A stretch of DNA of 32,000 bases from Candidatus Baldrarchaeota archaeon (GTDB lineage: Archaea; Asgardarchaeota; Baldrarchaeia; Baldrarchaeales; DXJG01). Under the pieces are notes generated by a model. It searched no databases. It was not told where the DNA came from and saw nothing but the letters and a program-made list of their open reading frames with translations. Each line of letters opens with the position of its first letter. Within the stretch, counting starts at the first letter, position 1. Position numbers and translations under genes: made by a program. The stretch is taken from the NCBI GenBank assembly GCA_019056805.1, contig DXJG01000001.1, positions 156,572 to 188,571 on the forward strand. The letters are read 5' to 3'. Below, one piece after another: positions 1 to 9,253 of the stretch.

Positions 1-640
1 TATATGGAGAAAGACTACCATGAGTCGGAAAACCGCGTACTGTGATTTTAATCCAAAGCGCTCCACGCTGCCCTATATCAATGAATGTTAACCCAGTAGG
101 TTCCGCGACAATGCACGCATCAGGCTTTATAATACCACGCATCATAAGCCATCCGGTTCCAAATTTTCCTCCAGTTTCCTCATCCGGAACTAATGTTAAT
201 GTCAATGTTCCATTTAATTCTACTTCGAGTTCAGCAAGGAGTTCCATAACACTAATAATCCCTGCCAATCCACCTTTCATATCAGATGCTCCACGACCTA
301 AAATATAACCATTCTTTACCTCTCCACTAAAAGGTGGAAAATCCCATTTTTCTCGTTCCCCAACTGGAACTACATCCATATGACCATTAAATACTAAGTT
401 TGATTCGTTTCTGTTTTTTCCAATACTGCAAATCAGGTTGATTTTACCTTTTTCAGGTTCATACTGCTTGCAATGTAAACCGTATTTCTCTAAATGATTT
501 CTGATGAATTCAGCTATTTCTGTCATATCACCTGGAGGATTCTCACTTGGTATTTTTATTAAATCACAAGTAAATCTAATAATATTATTTTTGTAAGCAT
601 CTATTTTCTTCCAAACTTCTTCTTTTAACTGCTGAGACAA
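1..640 (-). CDS. M20 family metallopeptidase/deacylase (ArgE/DapE-like), runs off left edge
   Basis: Hand translation of the minus strand (not in the ORF track): TTG start at 640 with GAGGTG SD at 649-654. Motifs LVFNGHMDVVP, GRGASDMKGG, VPDEETGG, IVAEPT and RGFPTHGS; frame open to the window edge. Confidence 0.9.
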   Translation of the reverse strand, partial: MSQQLKEEVWKKIDAYKNNIIRFTCDLIKIPSENPPGDMTEIAEFIRNHLEKYGLHCKQYEPEKGKINLICSIGKNRNESNLVFNGHMDVVPVGEREKWDFPPFSGEVKNGYILGRGASDMKGGLAGIISVMELLAELEVELNGTLTLTLVPDEETGGKFGTGWLMMRGIIKPDACIVAEPTGLTFIDIGQRGALWIKITVRGFPTHGSLSPY

Positions 641-912
641 AGAAAAAACACCTCACATAGAGAATTATAATAGATAGCCTAACTTATGTATTTAAATTGA
701 TTGTTCGCTTAGATGACGGCAACGTTTAATGTTTTGGTACATCGTATCCCTGAAATTAAAATATAGATACGTTAGTTACATGTTAACCTTTAATTTTTGC
801 TTAAAAACGTAATAATATCAAAACTAATTCAACTATCCAGCTTTTCTAATAACAACTTCAATACACAGCAATAATTTGAACAATTAAAATTAAAGTAAAG
901 AAGATTAAGAAA

Positions 913-2358
913 TTATCCTGTATACTTGTAGCGTCCCGTTTTCCTAGCCCATTCAATTGTGTCAGGATCAATTCGTTTCATTTCAGCTGGTTCGATCATA
1001 GATAATAGATCCCAAGCTAAGTCCAACGTATCGTCAAAGGTTCTATTTTCGAACTCACCTTGATTTATGAATCGTCTTTCAAATTCATCTGCAAATTGCA
1101 GGAACTTTCTATCTCTTTCGGTCAGAGCTTCTTCACCTACTACTTCGACAAGCTCACGCAGATCGCATCCTTCACTATAAGCATAATAAAGTTGGTCGCT
1201 AACTTCTCTATGGTCAAATCGTGTAAGTCCTTCACCGATACCTTCTTTCATCAGTCTGGACAGACTTGGACGGGGATCTATAGGGGGATATATACCCTTA
1301 CGGTGAAGTGCTCTATCTAAAATAAGCTGGCCCTCTGTTATATAACCACTAAGGTCTACTACGGGGTGTGTAATATCGTCGTGCGGCATCGTGAGAATAG
1401 GCATCTGGGTGATTGTACCCTTCCTTCCATGAATTCTTCCAGCTCTTTCATATATTGTAGCGAGATCGGTATATAGATACCCAGGGTAACCACGACGTCC
1501 AGGTACTTCTTCTCTCGCTGCTGAAATTTCTCGTAATGCTTCTGCATAATTTGTTATGTCCGTTAATATCACTAATATGTGATAGTCCTGGGTGTATGCT
1601 AAATATTCTGCTGTTGTTAAAGCTATTCGTGGCGTTATAAGCCTCTCTATAGCGGGGTCATTTGCTAAGTTTAAAAACAACACAGTATGTTCCAATGCTC
1701 CTGTTTTCTTGAAGTTTTGATAGAAGTACGTAGCTTCTTCTTGTGTTATACCCATCGCTGCAAATACTATAGCGAATTCTTCCTCCTTTCCCGGTACTGT
1801 CGCCTGTCTTGTTATTTGTGCCGCTATTCTATTGTGTGGCATTCCACTGCCTGAAAATAATGGTAACTTTTGACCCCTGACCAGTGTGTTCATCCCATCT
1901 ATTACCGATATACCTGTTTGTATCGGTTCTCGAGGATATTCTCTTGCATAGGGATTTATAGGTGCCCCGTGAATATCCCAGTAATCCTCCGGTATTGGAG
2001 GTGGCTGGTGATCTAAGGGCCTACCCGAACCGTCAAACACACGGCCTAGCAAATCTGTGGATACTGGTAGTTTTAATGTAGTTCCTGTAAATCTAACAAT
2101 TGTCTTTGAAGTATCTAATCCGTGCGTTCCTTCGAACACCTGAACTACGGCGAAATTTTTAGTAGTCTCTAATACTGTTCCACGGCGTTTTTCCCCATCT
2201 GGAGTTTCTACCTCTACTACTTCCCCATAAGCTACATCCCTTATTTTCTCTATGAAAAGGAGAGGCCCCGCTACTTCTGTTACAGTTTTGTACTCTATTT
2301 TAGTATGTGGATCTTCCATTATTTTGGAAGTTGTAGGATTATGTTCATGTTTTGGCAA
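913..2358 (-). CDS. atpB: A/V-type ATP synthase subunit B
   Basis: Motifs [46 protein letters not shown] and GYITEGQ. Likely start is TTG at 2358 (GAGGTG SD at 2367-2372); ATG at 2319 is an alternative. Confidence 0.96.
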   Translation of the reverse strand: MPKHEHNPTTSKIMEDPHTKIEYKTVTEVAGPLLFIEKIRDVAYGEVVEVETPDGEKRRGTVLETTKNFAVVQVFEGTHGLDTSKTIVRFTGTTLKLPVSTDLLGRVFDGSGRPLDHQPPPIPEDYWDIHGAPINPYAREYPREPIQTGISVIDGMNTLVRGQKLPLFSGSGMPHNRIAAQITRQATVPGKEEEFAIVFAAMGITQEEATYFYQNFKKTGALEHTVLFLNLANDPAIERLITPRIALTTAEYLAYTQDYHILVILTDITNYAEALREISAAREEVPGRRGYPGYLYTDLATIYERAGRIHGRKGTITQMPILTMPHDDITHPVVDLSGYITEGQLILDRALHRKGIYPPIDPRPSLSRLMKEGIGEGLTRFDHREVSDQLYYAYSEGCDLRELVEVVGEEALTERDRKFLQFADEFERRFINQGEFENRTFDDTLDLAWDLLSMIEPAEMKRIDPDTIEWARKTGRYKYTG

Positions 2359-2781
2359 AGAGTTTTCACCTCGTAAATGCATAACTCGTTTTAACCAGTT
2401 AATTGTATACATACGACTGTGTGGTGTTTTAGTGTTTTATAGATAAATATGTTTGGTTACCATGAGCATATAACTATACATACCTTAGTGGTCTATTCTT
2501 CGATATTGCGATATTTGTTACACTTTTGACATTATTCGTTTCTTTGACATTTTTCTTTAGGAGATATGATGTCTCTTACCGTGTTTTATATAATTTTAGT
2601 AGTTTCTAGTCTTTGTTTCAAGTATAGATGTTTCAATATCTCTAGTGTATGTTTTATCGTTGTACTCTGCGTGGATTCTTTTAAATGTTCATTATGAGAT
2701 TTTATAAGATTTGCCGTAATGGAAGTTTTTATATAAGCTTTATTGAAATTATTATTAAGCCTTATTTGGGGGCGGTGACTG

Positions 2782-2997
2782 ATGCGATCAAGTTTACCCC
2801 CGTCAGCTTTACAAATCTATAAGGTTTTGAAGAAAAAACACATGGTCACCGCCAAAGATCTTTTACAGGAGGTACCCTATAGCCCTAGAACTGTGCGATA
2901 TGCGGTTAAGATCCTCGTAGAGAGGGGGTTAGTAAAAAGGGTTCCTGTACTAGGAGATACAAGACAGTTTATGTATATACTCGTACTAAATAGATAA
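2782..2997 (+). CDS. Small winged-helix transcriptional regulator (MarR/ArsR-like archaeal HTH)
   Basis: LPPSALQIYKVL...SPRTVRYAVKILVERGLVKR wHTH pattern; GGCGGTGA SD just upstream. Confidence 0.8.
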   Translation: MRSSLPPSALQIYKVLKKKHMVTAKDLLQEVPYSPRTVRYAVKILVERGLVKRVPVLGDTRQFMYILVLNR

Positions 2998-3091
2998 TGT
3001 AGGGATATACAGTTTTTAATGATTTCATACTTTTACCTCTTTCGACATTTTTGTCTAGTCCGATATTGGTTTGCTTATCTAGGTGTTTCAT

Positions 3092-3976
3092 GTGGATAAG
3101 GAAAAAATTAAACATCTAGTTTGGCTATTTATTTCGATCGGTGTATGTATAACCATTTCCCTAGGTTTGACATATATTGCCGTTATTGCTGGTATGGCTG
3201 GCTATTTTACTGTGATACCCATTTTAAACACCGAAAGCATCCTACTAAGGTTTTTAGGAATCATAATTTCAACTTTGATAAGCTTAGGTATTATTTTATT
3301 GCTTTACATGTTTCTTTTAGCTAAGGGTCCATTTGCATTTAAATTTGCCATCTCACTTGGTATTACTCCTATTGTAACTGTTTCTGTAATTTTTTTCGGT
3401 GAAACCTTTTTGTTAATTCTTTTTCCTGCAACAATTAATCCTATATTGTACATTTTAGTCGCATTTGCTTCGTTGTACATTGCTGGATTCTCATCTGTTT
3501 TCATTATCACGGATATGTTATCTGAAAAAGGGAAAAAGAAATTAATGCTTCTTTATGGAAGTATTATGGGAGCATTTATTGGAGTTACCATGCATACTTT
3601 ATCCATTCTTTCTCTGGTTGTTATGATATCGCTATTAGATACTCTCCTTGCCTCCTTAGGATTCTCTGAGAGATTTCTCAATGTCTTAGAAGCTTATCCT
3701 AGGAGAGGAGCTGCTGATTTTTCATACTCTATAGGTAATGTAGATATAGGGTTTGGTGATTTTATTTTCTATTCTTTGCTTCCTGCTCATGCTTATTGGA
3801 AGTTTGGTTTAAATACTATGCTGTTTTCCGTTCTCTTCCTTTTCACTGGAGTTGCTTTAACATATAGGCTCATTTCTATGGGAAAAATCTTACCAGGAAT
3901 TCCTATTCCAATTTCTCTTTCCTTAATCCCTATAATTGTTGCCGTTATACTTTCTGGTGGATTTTTTTATGTTTAA
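3092..3976 (+). CDS. Presenilin/signal-peptide-peptidase-like GxGD intramembrane aspartyl protease
   Basis: About 9 hydrophobic segments; LLD (first Asp), IGFGDFIF (GxGD) and LPGIP (PAL/PGL-like). GTG at 3092 fits the AGGTG SD; the ORF track starts at 3083. Confidence 0.75.
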   Translation: MDKEKIKHLVWLFISIGVCITISLGLTYIAVIAGMAGYFTVIPILNTESILLRFLGIIISTLISLGIILLLYMFLLAKGPFAFKFAISLGITPIVTVSVIFFGETFLLILFPATINPILYILVAFASLYIAGFSSVFIITDMLSEKGKKKLMLLYGSIMGAFIGVTMHTLSILSLVVMISLLDTLLASLGFSERFLNVLEAYPRRGAADFSYSIGNVDIGFGDFIFYSLLPAHAYWKFGLNTMLFSVLFLFTGVALTYRLISMGKILPGIPIPISLSLIPIIVAVILSGGFFYV

Positions 3977-4005
3977 TTTTTAAAATTGCATGTAAGAACT
4001 TAATA

Positions 4006-4707
4006 CTAAAAGGATCTTAGCTTTATTTTTAAATTGTACTGCTCGTTTAGTTTTTCAATTTCTTTAATAATTTTTTCTCTTGAGGGGGGTTTTAACCATT
4101 TTGGAGTGTTCTCTGTAGGTTTAAAGAGTTGTAGTACCCATAGAGGGACTTCCATTTTCGAAAGTAGTTCAGCAATTTTATGAAGATCTTCTACTGCTAT
4201 TATTGGCTCTGCAATCGTGGTTCTAACTTCAAAATCTATTTGCTGGTCTTTTAATATACCTATTGTGGTTCTAACTTTTTGATAAGAGTTAACTCCAGTA
4301 ATATACTGATACTTTTCTGGAGGTGCTTTATAATCGACAGCTACTTCCGCTACTTCAAATCGTAAAATTTTTTCTATTACCTGAGGTTTTGTGCCATTGG
4401 TATCTATTGCTATTTTTTTACCATAGTCTTGAATTATCTTTGCAGCTTCAATTAAATCCTTTTCTTGCAGTGTCGGTTCTCCACCCGTGAATTTTACTAT
4501 TCCAACAGCCCAATTCTTTTCTACCTGTTTTACAAAACTTTCTCTTGTTAAGGGAACTTCTTGAGTAAATTGGGGATAATTTTGACAGTATATACATCGC
4601 ATATTACAATGTGATAGAAAAAAGAGTGTACATGCATCAGTTCTACAATCAATGAGACTTAAGGGAACGTATGAAAAAATTTTAAGTAAAAAGGGAGATT
4701 TTTTCAT
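4006..4707 (-). CDS. nrdG: Anaerobic ribonucleoside-triphosphate reductase activating protein (radical SAM)
   Basis: CNMRCIYCQN (CxxxCxxC), FTGGEPTLQ and DTNG; 3 nt downstream of nrdD. Confidence 0.9.
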   Translation of the reverse strand: MKKSPFLLKIFSYVPLSLIDCRTDACTLFFLSHCNMRCIYCQNYPQFTQEVPLTRESFVKQVEKNWAVGIVKFTGGEPTLQEKDLIEAAKIIQDYGKKIAIDTNGTKPQVIEKILRFEVAEVAVDYKAPPEKYQYITGVNSYQKVRTTIGILKDQQIDFEVRTTIAEPIIAVEDLHKIAELLSKMEVPLWVLQLFKPTENTPKWLKPPSREKIIKEIEKLNEQYNLKIKLRSF

Positions 4708-4710
4708 ATA

Positions 4711-6567
4711 CTACGCCCTAAGATATTTGAGGTTAAGAGGATTTATAATTTCTCCGTCTAGTGTATAGTGTATTCTCCTAATGAACTCTGCTCTTTTACC
4801 CTGGTTCCAGAGATATACCGGTCTATAATAGCCTACGATTCTACTCCATACTTCTAGAGAATTTACATGTCCACATGTTGGACACTTCTCGATAATACCA
4901 TGCCATACACTACCACAATTTCTACACGTTGTTATTGTTGGAGTGATAGTTAGATAAGCAATTTTTGTATTTGTGAGTACGCGGCGGACAAATTTCTTAA
5001 GGGCTTCAACTTCTGGTTTTTCCCAAAGCCATATGTGAGTTACACATCCTCCAGTAAAGTAGGGGTGAAACTCTGCTTCTATTCTTATTTTTTCATGTAA
5101 GGGTATTTCCGCATTATAGGGTACGTGAGTACTATTTGTATAATAGTATGCTCCAGGTTCGCCTTGAATACAAATATTTTCTGCTCCAAATTCTTTAGCA
5201 TCCAACATAGCTAATCGGTAACTTGTGGATTCAGCTGGTGTTTGTTCCAAATTATATAGAGTATTATCTAGCTCTTCAAACTCCTGGAGTTTATCCAGTA
5301 TATGTCTTAGTATTTTCTTTGCCAGTCGTATACCATCTTGCTCATATATTGGTACACCTGCCAAATTCATGAGACACTCATGCATACCTACTATTCCTAT
5401 AGTATTGTAATGATTATCATAAGTTCCTAGATATTCTCTTGTTATAGGCAGATCAAAGAAATTGCTTCTTAATATATCATTAAGGAATTTTCTCTTTGTC
5501 ATTAATTGTTGCCTAGCTATTTCAAGTCTTTCATCTAGTTTTGTGAAGAAATCATCTTCATCTTTTGCTAAGTACCCAAGTCGGGGTAGATTAATCGTTA
5601 CAACTCCTATACTTCCTGTTTCGTCAGGAACTGTCCATATTCCACCTGCATGTCTACATAATTTACCTATGTCCGGAAGTAGGCGACAACACATAGCAAA
5701 TCTGCTGTTAGGATCTATATATCCATTCAGATAGTTTAAGAAGTAAAATGACCCACGTAAGGCTGTTAATTCAAAAATCTCATAAGTTAAATCTATATCT
5801 CCTAGAATCCATTTTCTTTCATTCCAATCAAAATTTTTATCAATTCCTATTGTAGGTATAGGGAATGTAAATGGTCTATGTTTACTATCTCCCTCTTTTA
5901 AAGTATCAATTAATCCATATGTTGTTATCATGGCTTCTTCTATGTAATCACCTAGTGTTCCATGTTCTTTTCCACCTATTATGGCAGGTCTTTCTTGTTT
6001 TTCTCCATTTACACTAAAATTCAAAGTAACATTTACAAAAGGACTTTGAGAACCGAATCTACTGGGGAAATTAAAATTAAAAACAAGTCTCTGAATATTT
6101 TGCTCTACTTCCTTAGGGTTTAATTTATCTACGTGTACAAAGGGAGCTAAATATAGATCAAAGTCTCCAAAGGCTTGTGCTCCTGCCCATTCTTGTTGTG
6201 AGGTACATATAAAGTTTATTATATGATCTACAGCCGATGACATATGTTTTGCGGGAGACGCATAAACGTTTGGAGTTATTAAACCCTTTCTAAAAAGTCT
6301 TTCTAGACTCCATCCAGCACAGTAGGCTATGAAGCGAGCAAAGGGTAAATCATGGATATGTATGTCTCCTCTTACATGTGCTTCTACTTGTTCTCTTGGA
6401 TACCCATTTGATGAAAAAAGAGCATAATTTTTAAGGATTTCTTGCGCAACAAAGCCAAATAGCCCACTGAATGTTTTAAACGTGTTTGCATTTTCTCGAA
6501 CAAGCCAAGTCTTTTCATACAAATATGAATTAACGAGATCTTCTATGTTCATTAACGGTTTTTTCAC
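4711..6567 (-). CDS. nrdD: Class III anaerobic ribonucleoside-triphosphate reductase (no ATP-cone)
   Basis: IHIHDL, YCAGWSL, AMCCRL, GSIGVVTINLPRL, CxxC...CxxC Zn site and the glycyl-radical motif RIVGYY. GTG start at 6567 follows a GGAGG SD. Confidence 0.95.
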   Translation of the reverse strand: MKKPLMNIEDLVNSYLYEKTWLVRENANTFKTFSGLFGFVAQEILKNYALFSSNGYPREQVEAHVRGDIHIHDLPFARFIAYCAGWSLERLFRKGLITPNVYASPAKHMSSAVDHIINFICTSQQEWAGAQAFGDFDLYLAPFVHVDKLNPKEVEQNIQRLVFNFNFPSRFGSQSPFVNVTLNFSVNGEKQERPAIIGGKEHGTLGDYIEEAMITTYGLIDTLKEGDSKHRPFTFPIPTIGIDKNFDWNERKWILGDIDLTYEIFELTALRGSFYFLNYLNGYIDPNSRFAMCCRLLPDIGKLCRHAGGIWTVPDETGSIGVVTINLPRLGYLAKDEDDFFTKLDERLEIARQQLMTKRKFLNDILRSNFFDLPITREYLGTYDNHYNTIGIVGMHECLMNLAGVPIYEQDGIRLAKKILRHILDKLQEFEELDNTLYNLEQTPAESTSYRLAMLDAKEFGAENICIQGEPGAYYYTNSTHVPYNAEIPLHEKIRIEAEFHPYFTGGCVTHIWLWEKPEVEALKKFVRRVLTNTKIAYLTITPTITTCRNCGSVWHGIIEKCPTCGHVNSLEVWSRIVGYYRPVYLWNQGKRAEFIRRIHYTLDGEIINPLNLKYLRA

Positions 6568-6702
6568 AGAACACCCTCCCTTACCGCTCCCTTGTTTTAT
6601 CAAAAAAATTTGATAATATAATACAGTTTTTTAGTTATCTAATAAAAGTAGGGCTTTAAAGCTTTACCCTTCTTAACCCTTCTGCTTTGCATTATTTTTT
6701 TG

Positions 6703-7386
6703 TTACCTATTATTACAATGTGCGTGGCGGCATAACAACATATTCTTTATTTTTTCTTCTAAGTTTTTAAATTTAGATAAGTTTCCATCCCAGTTTTCCA
6801 GTACATCTCCATACGATTCTTCAAAAGTCTTTATAAATTTAGTAATTCTATTTCTCATTTCTTGTGTTGGTGACGATGTAAATGCTGCTATAGTGATCTT
6901 TTTACCTTTTTCAAGTATTATTTCCCCATCCCCATAATCTATTTTTTTAACTCCAGTTCCTGTTTGCGTTATCTCCTTTATTAGTGTTGATATCCCTGTC
7001 AGAGCTCCTGAAACAAGTGTAGGATCAAGTATCATGTTATTTGCCACATAAAAATATATAGGGGTACCATCTTCATAGATTATGTACAAACTTTTAATTT
7101 CAGGTTCATATGCTACCATGGTTGCTTTTTCAGGTTCTTTTGGAGGTGACTCAAGAGTTATAGCGTCTTTTAACATTTTTACCCAAACAATTATCTTTCC
7201 AACTCGTTCCTGCAATTGTTCTTTTAGTTTTTTGTTAACCTTATCGTTTTTAGCTACACCTATAAGAATTTCTGCAGCTTCTAAAGCTGCTTTCGCAGCC
7301 TCCTTGTACCTTTTTTGTTTCTCTAAGTTTTTTGCATCTTTTATTTTTTGCTTTGCTTTTAATAATTCCTTTTCTATGCTCTGCAT
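6703..7386 (-). CDS. MIT-like three-helix domain fused to a longin/roadblock-like domain (Asgard-type)
   Basis: N-terminal AKNLEKQKRYKEAAKAALEAAEIL helical bundle; C-terminal LYIIYEDGTPIY...DPTLVSGALTGISTLIKEI...IDYGDGEIILEKG...FEESY...WDG, typical of Asgard longin-like domains. Confidence 0.65.
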   Translation of the reverse strand: MQSIEKELLKAKQKIKDAKNLEKQKRYKEAAKAALEAAEILIGVAKNDKVNKKLKEQLQERVGKIIVWVKMLKDAITLESPPKEPEKATMVAYEPEIKSLYIIYEDGTPIYFYVANNMILDPTLVSGALTGISTLIKEITQTGTGVKKIDYGDGEIILEKGKKITIAAFTSSPTQEMRNRITKFIKTFEESYGDVLENWDGNLSKFKNLEEKIKNMLLCRHAHCNNR

Positions 7387-7390
7387 CTTC

Positions 7391-7717
7391 CTATCTCTTC
7401 TCCCTTCTTCTATTCTTAAATTTTTTAATTGACTTTTCTAATTTACCTAGTGCCTGCATAAGAGCGTTTTTTACATTCCACGCTTTTGCAGTGGCTTCAA
7501 AAGTTTTACCTGGTATTGAGAGTTGTGTTTGAATAGAATATAAAACACGACTTTCATTTGTTTGATGGAGGGTTTGTACGTTTATCTTAAGATACCGTAT
7601 TTGGCTAAGCAACTTGCCATATTTTTCTGCTTGTTTTGCGAGAAATACATTTATTTCCTCTTTATCTTTTTCTTTAAGTTTTTCGAGACCTGTAACTTGT
7701 ACTACATATTCATACAA
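7391..7717 (-). CDS. Stand-alone HPF/RaiA (Ribosomal_S30AE)-like ribosome hibernation factor
   Basis: beta-alpha-beta-beta-beta-alpha pattern ending LSIPGKTFEATAKAWNVKNALMQALGKLEKSIKKFK, resembling the HPF C-terminal helix; TTG start with AGGTG SD. Confidence 0.65.
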   Translation of the reverse strand: MYEYVVQVTGLEKLKEKDKEEINVFLAKQAEKYGKLLSQIRYLKINVQTLHQTNESRVLYSIQTQLSIPGKTFEATAKAWNVKNALMQALGKLEKSIKKFKNRRREKR

Positions 7718-7773
7718 TTTGATAACACCTAAATACCATATTATTTTTATAGCTCATATTTTTAGTGCTCGAA

Positions 7774-9240
7774 TTAATATGTTAATTGTTGAAACAATGA
7801 AGTGACATTGTACGTAAGAAGGAAAATTAAGATGGTTAATAATATTTGTGACTTCATTCGAGGATCCATGGTTGCTTTACAATTCGCATAAGCTGTGATC
7901 ACTGAAGTCGCTAATAAGGACATTACCATGATTAAGTTATTAAATATAGGACTATACGATTTATTAAAAATAAACATTGTAGAATACGCTATCACAGGGA
8001 TAATTGCTGATATAAAGCCCAACAATGCTGTTAAAGCTATTGTTATTATTCTTGCTTTTAATCTCTGAGTAGCTACTAAAGTTTCTCTTTTCCTAGTAAG
8101 TGTAACTATTTCTCTTAGTTTCGTTGAAATTCCTGATATTTTTTCTCCAGATCTTTTTGAATCTTTTTCTATTATTTGAGCAGCAGTTTTTAAAGAAATT
8201 ATAACATAAGGATGTTTAAAATTAGCTATAAACTTAGCCCATGCAACTTTTAGCGGAGTTAAATTGAAAAACAAATCTTTAACCATAAGAGTCATCTTTC
8301 TGCTTACACTTTTTGAAACAGTTTTAATAGTTTCTGCTATAGCCTTTTCCGGCGAATAATTCAACTCAAGGAACTTACTGTAAGTTTCCAGGAACTCAGC
8401 ACATTCCTCCAATTCATTTATCATAGTCCTTGCCTCTATCTTCATATCCCTTGATAAAGGTAACAATATTTTCTTACTGGGGAATTTTTGTAAAAATATT
8501 TGAACTAGAGGGATTGTAGGAATAAGCCAAGAATATCCCCAGAGGGTATAGGTCATAGTGAGGAGAAAAGGTAAAAAGGTAGAGACAGTTACTATAAGTA
8601 AAATTCTCATTTCTATTTCTCTGGTCATTTTTTCATACTCGTTTTCCATTTCACGAAAATATTCTTCAATATTACTCGTATTTTGTTTCCCAACACTTAA
8701 AATAGCTAATACAGCCGTTTTGAAATCATTAGAAGGTTGAGTTAAAGCATAATCAAATAGCAATTTTTCTGGGGAGTGGCCAAACGACGTTTTCCTTAAA
8801 ATGTCTCTAAATTTTTGAGATACTATGGGGTAGTTTGATTGCGCAATACTCTTTATTGCTTCAAATACGGAATCTGTTGCTTCTAAACTCAATGACAATT
8901 CATAAAATACAAGAGGAGCTAAACTGGCATGTACAATCTTTTCGTTTGTATAAATCGAAGTAACAGAATTCTTAATCGAAAAAAACACAACATAAATTAC
9001 AAAAAAAGAAAATACAGCCGCTAGGTAAGCTCCAATTCTTACCAGAAGTAAAAATGATATTAACCCGAAAAGTAAACTTAGTATAAAAGCTGTACTCAAT
9101 AAAGCTGCAAATGAAATGTTAAAACGTTTTTTTAAATAGTCCGTTAGTTCTTCAGAATTTTTTCCCGCAATTTTTTCCCCAATTGTCAAAAGGAAATCCC
9201 ATTTCTCGATTTTTGTAGCAAGGTATCTAATTATATGCAA
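7774..9240 (-). CDS. Type II secretion F / TadC / ArlJ-like pilus assembly membrane platform protein
   Basis: Two cytoplasmic T2SSF-like domains (YELSLSLEATDSVFEAIKSIA...; FLETYSKFLELNYSPEKAI...), each followed by TM helices. Confidence 0.7.
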   Translation of the reverse strand: MHIIRYLATKIEKWDFLLTIGEKIAGKNSEELTDYLKKRFNISFAALLSTAFILSLLFGLISFLLLVRIGAYLAAVFSFFVIYVVFFSIKNSVTSIYTNEKIVHASLAPLVFYELSLSLEATDSVFEAIKSIAQSNYPIVSQKFRDILRKTSFGHSPEKLLFDYALTQPSNDFKTAVLAILSVGKQNTSNIEEYFREMENEYEKMTREIEMRILLIVTVSTFLPFLLTMTYTLWGYSWLIPTIPLVQIFLQKFPSKKILLPLSRDMKIEARTMINELEECAEFLETYSKFLELNYSPEKAIAETIKTVSKSVSRKMTLMVKDLFFNLTPLKVAWAKFIANFKHPYVIISLKTAAQIIEKDSKRSGEKISGISTKLREIVTLTRKRETLVATQRLKARIITIALTALLGFISAIIPVIAYSTMFIFNKSYSPIFNNLIMVMSLLATSVITAYANCKATMDPRMKSQILLTILIFLLTYNVTSLFQQLTY

Positions 9241-9253
9241 TATTTACTTTCTC

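Noticed and set aside
2413-2781. 370-bp intergenic gap as a possible sRNA or hidden ORF
   Set aside because: AT-rich, with no stable hairpin, C/D pair or credible ORF found; probably divergent promoters.
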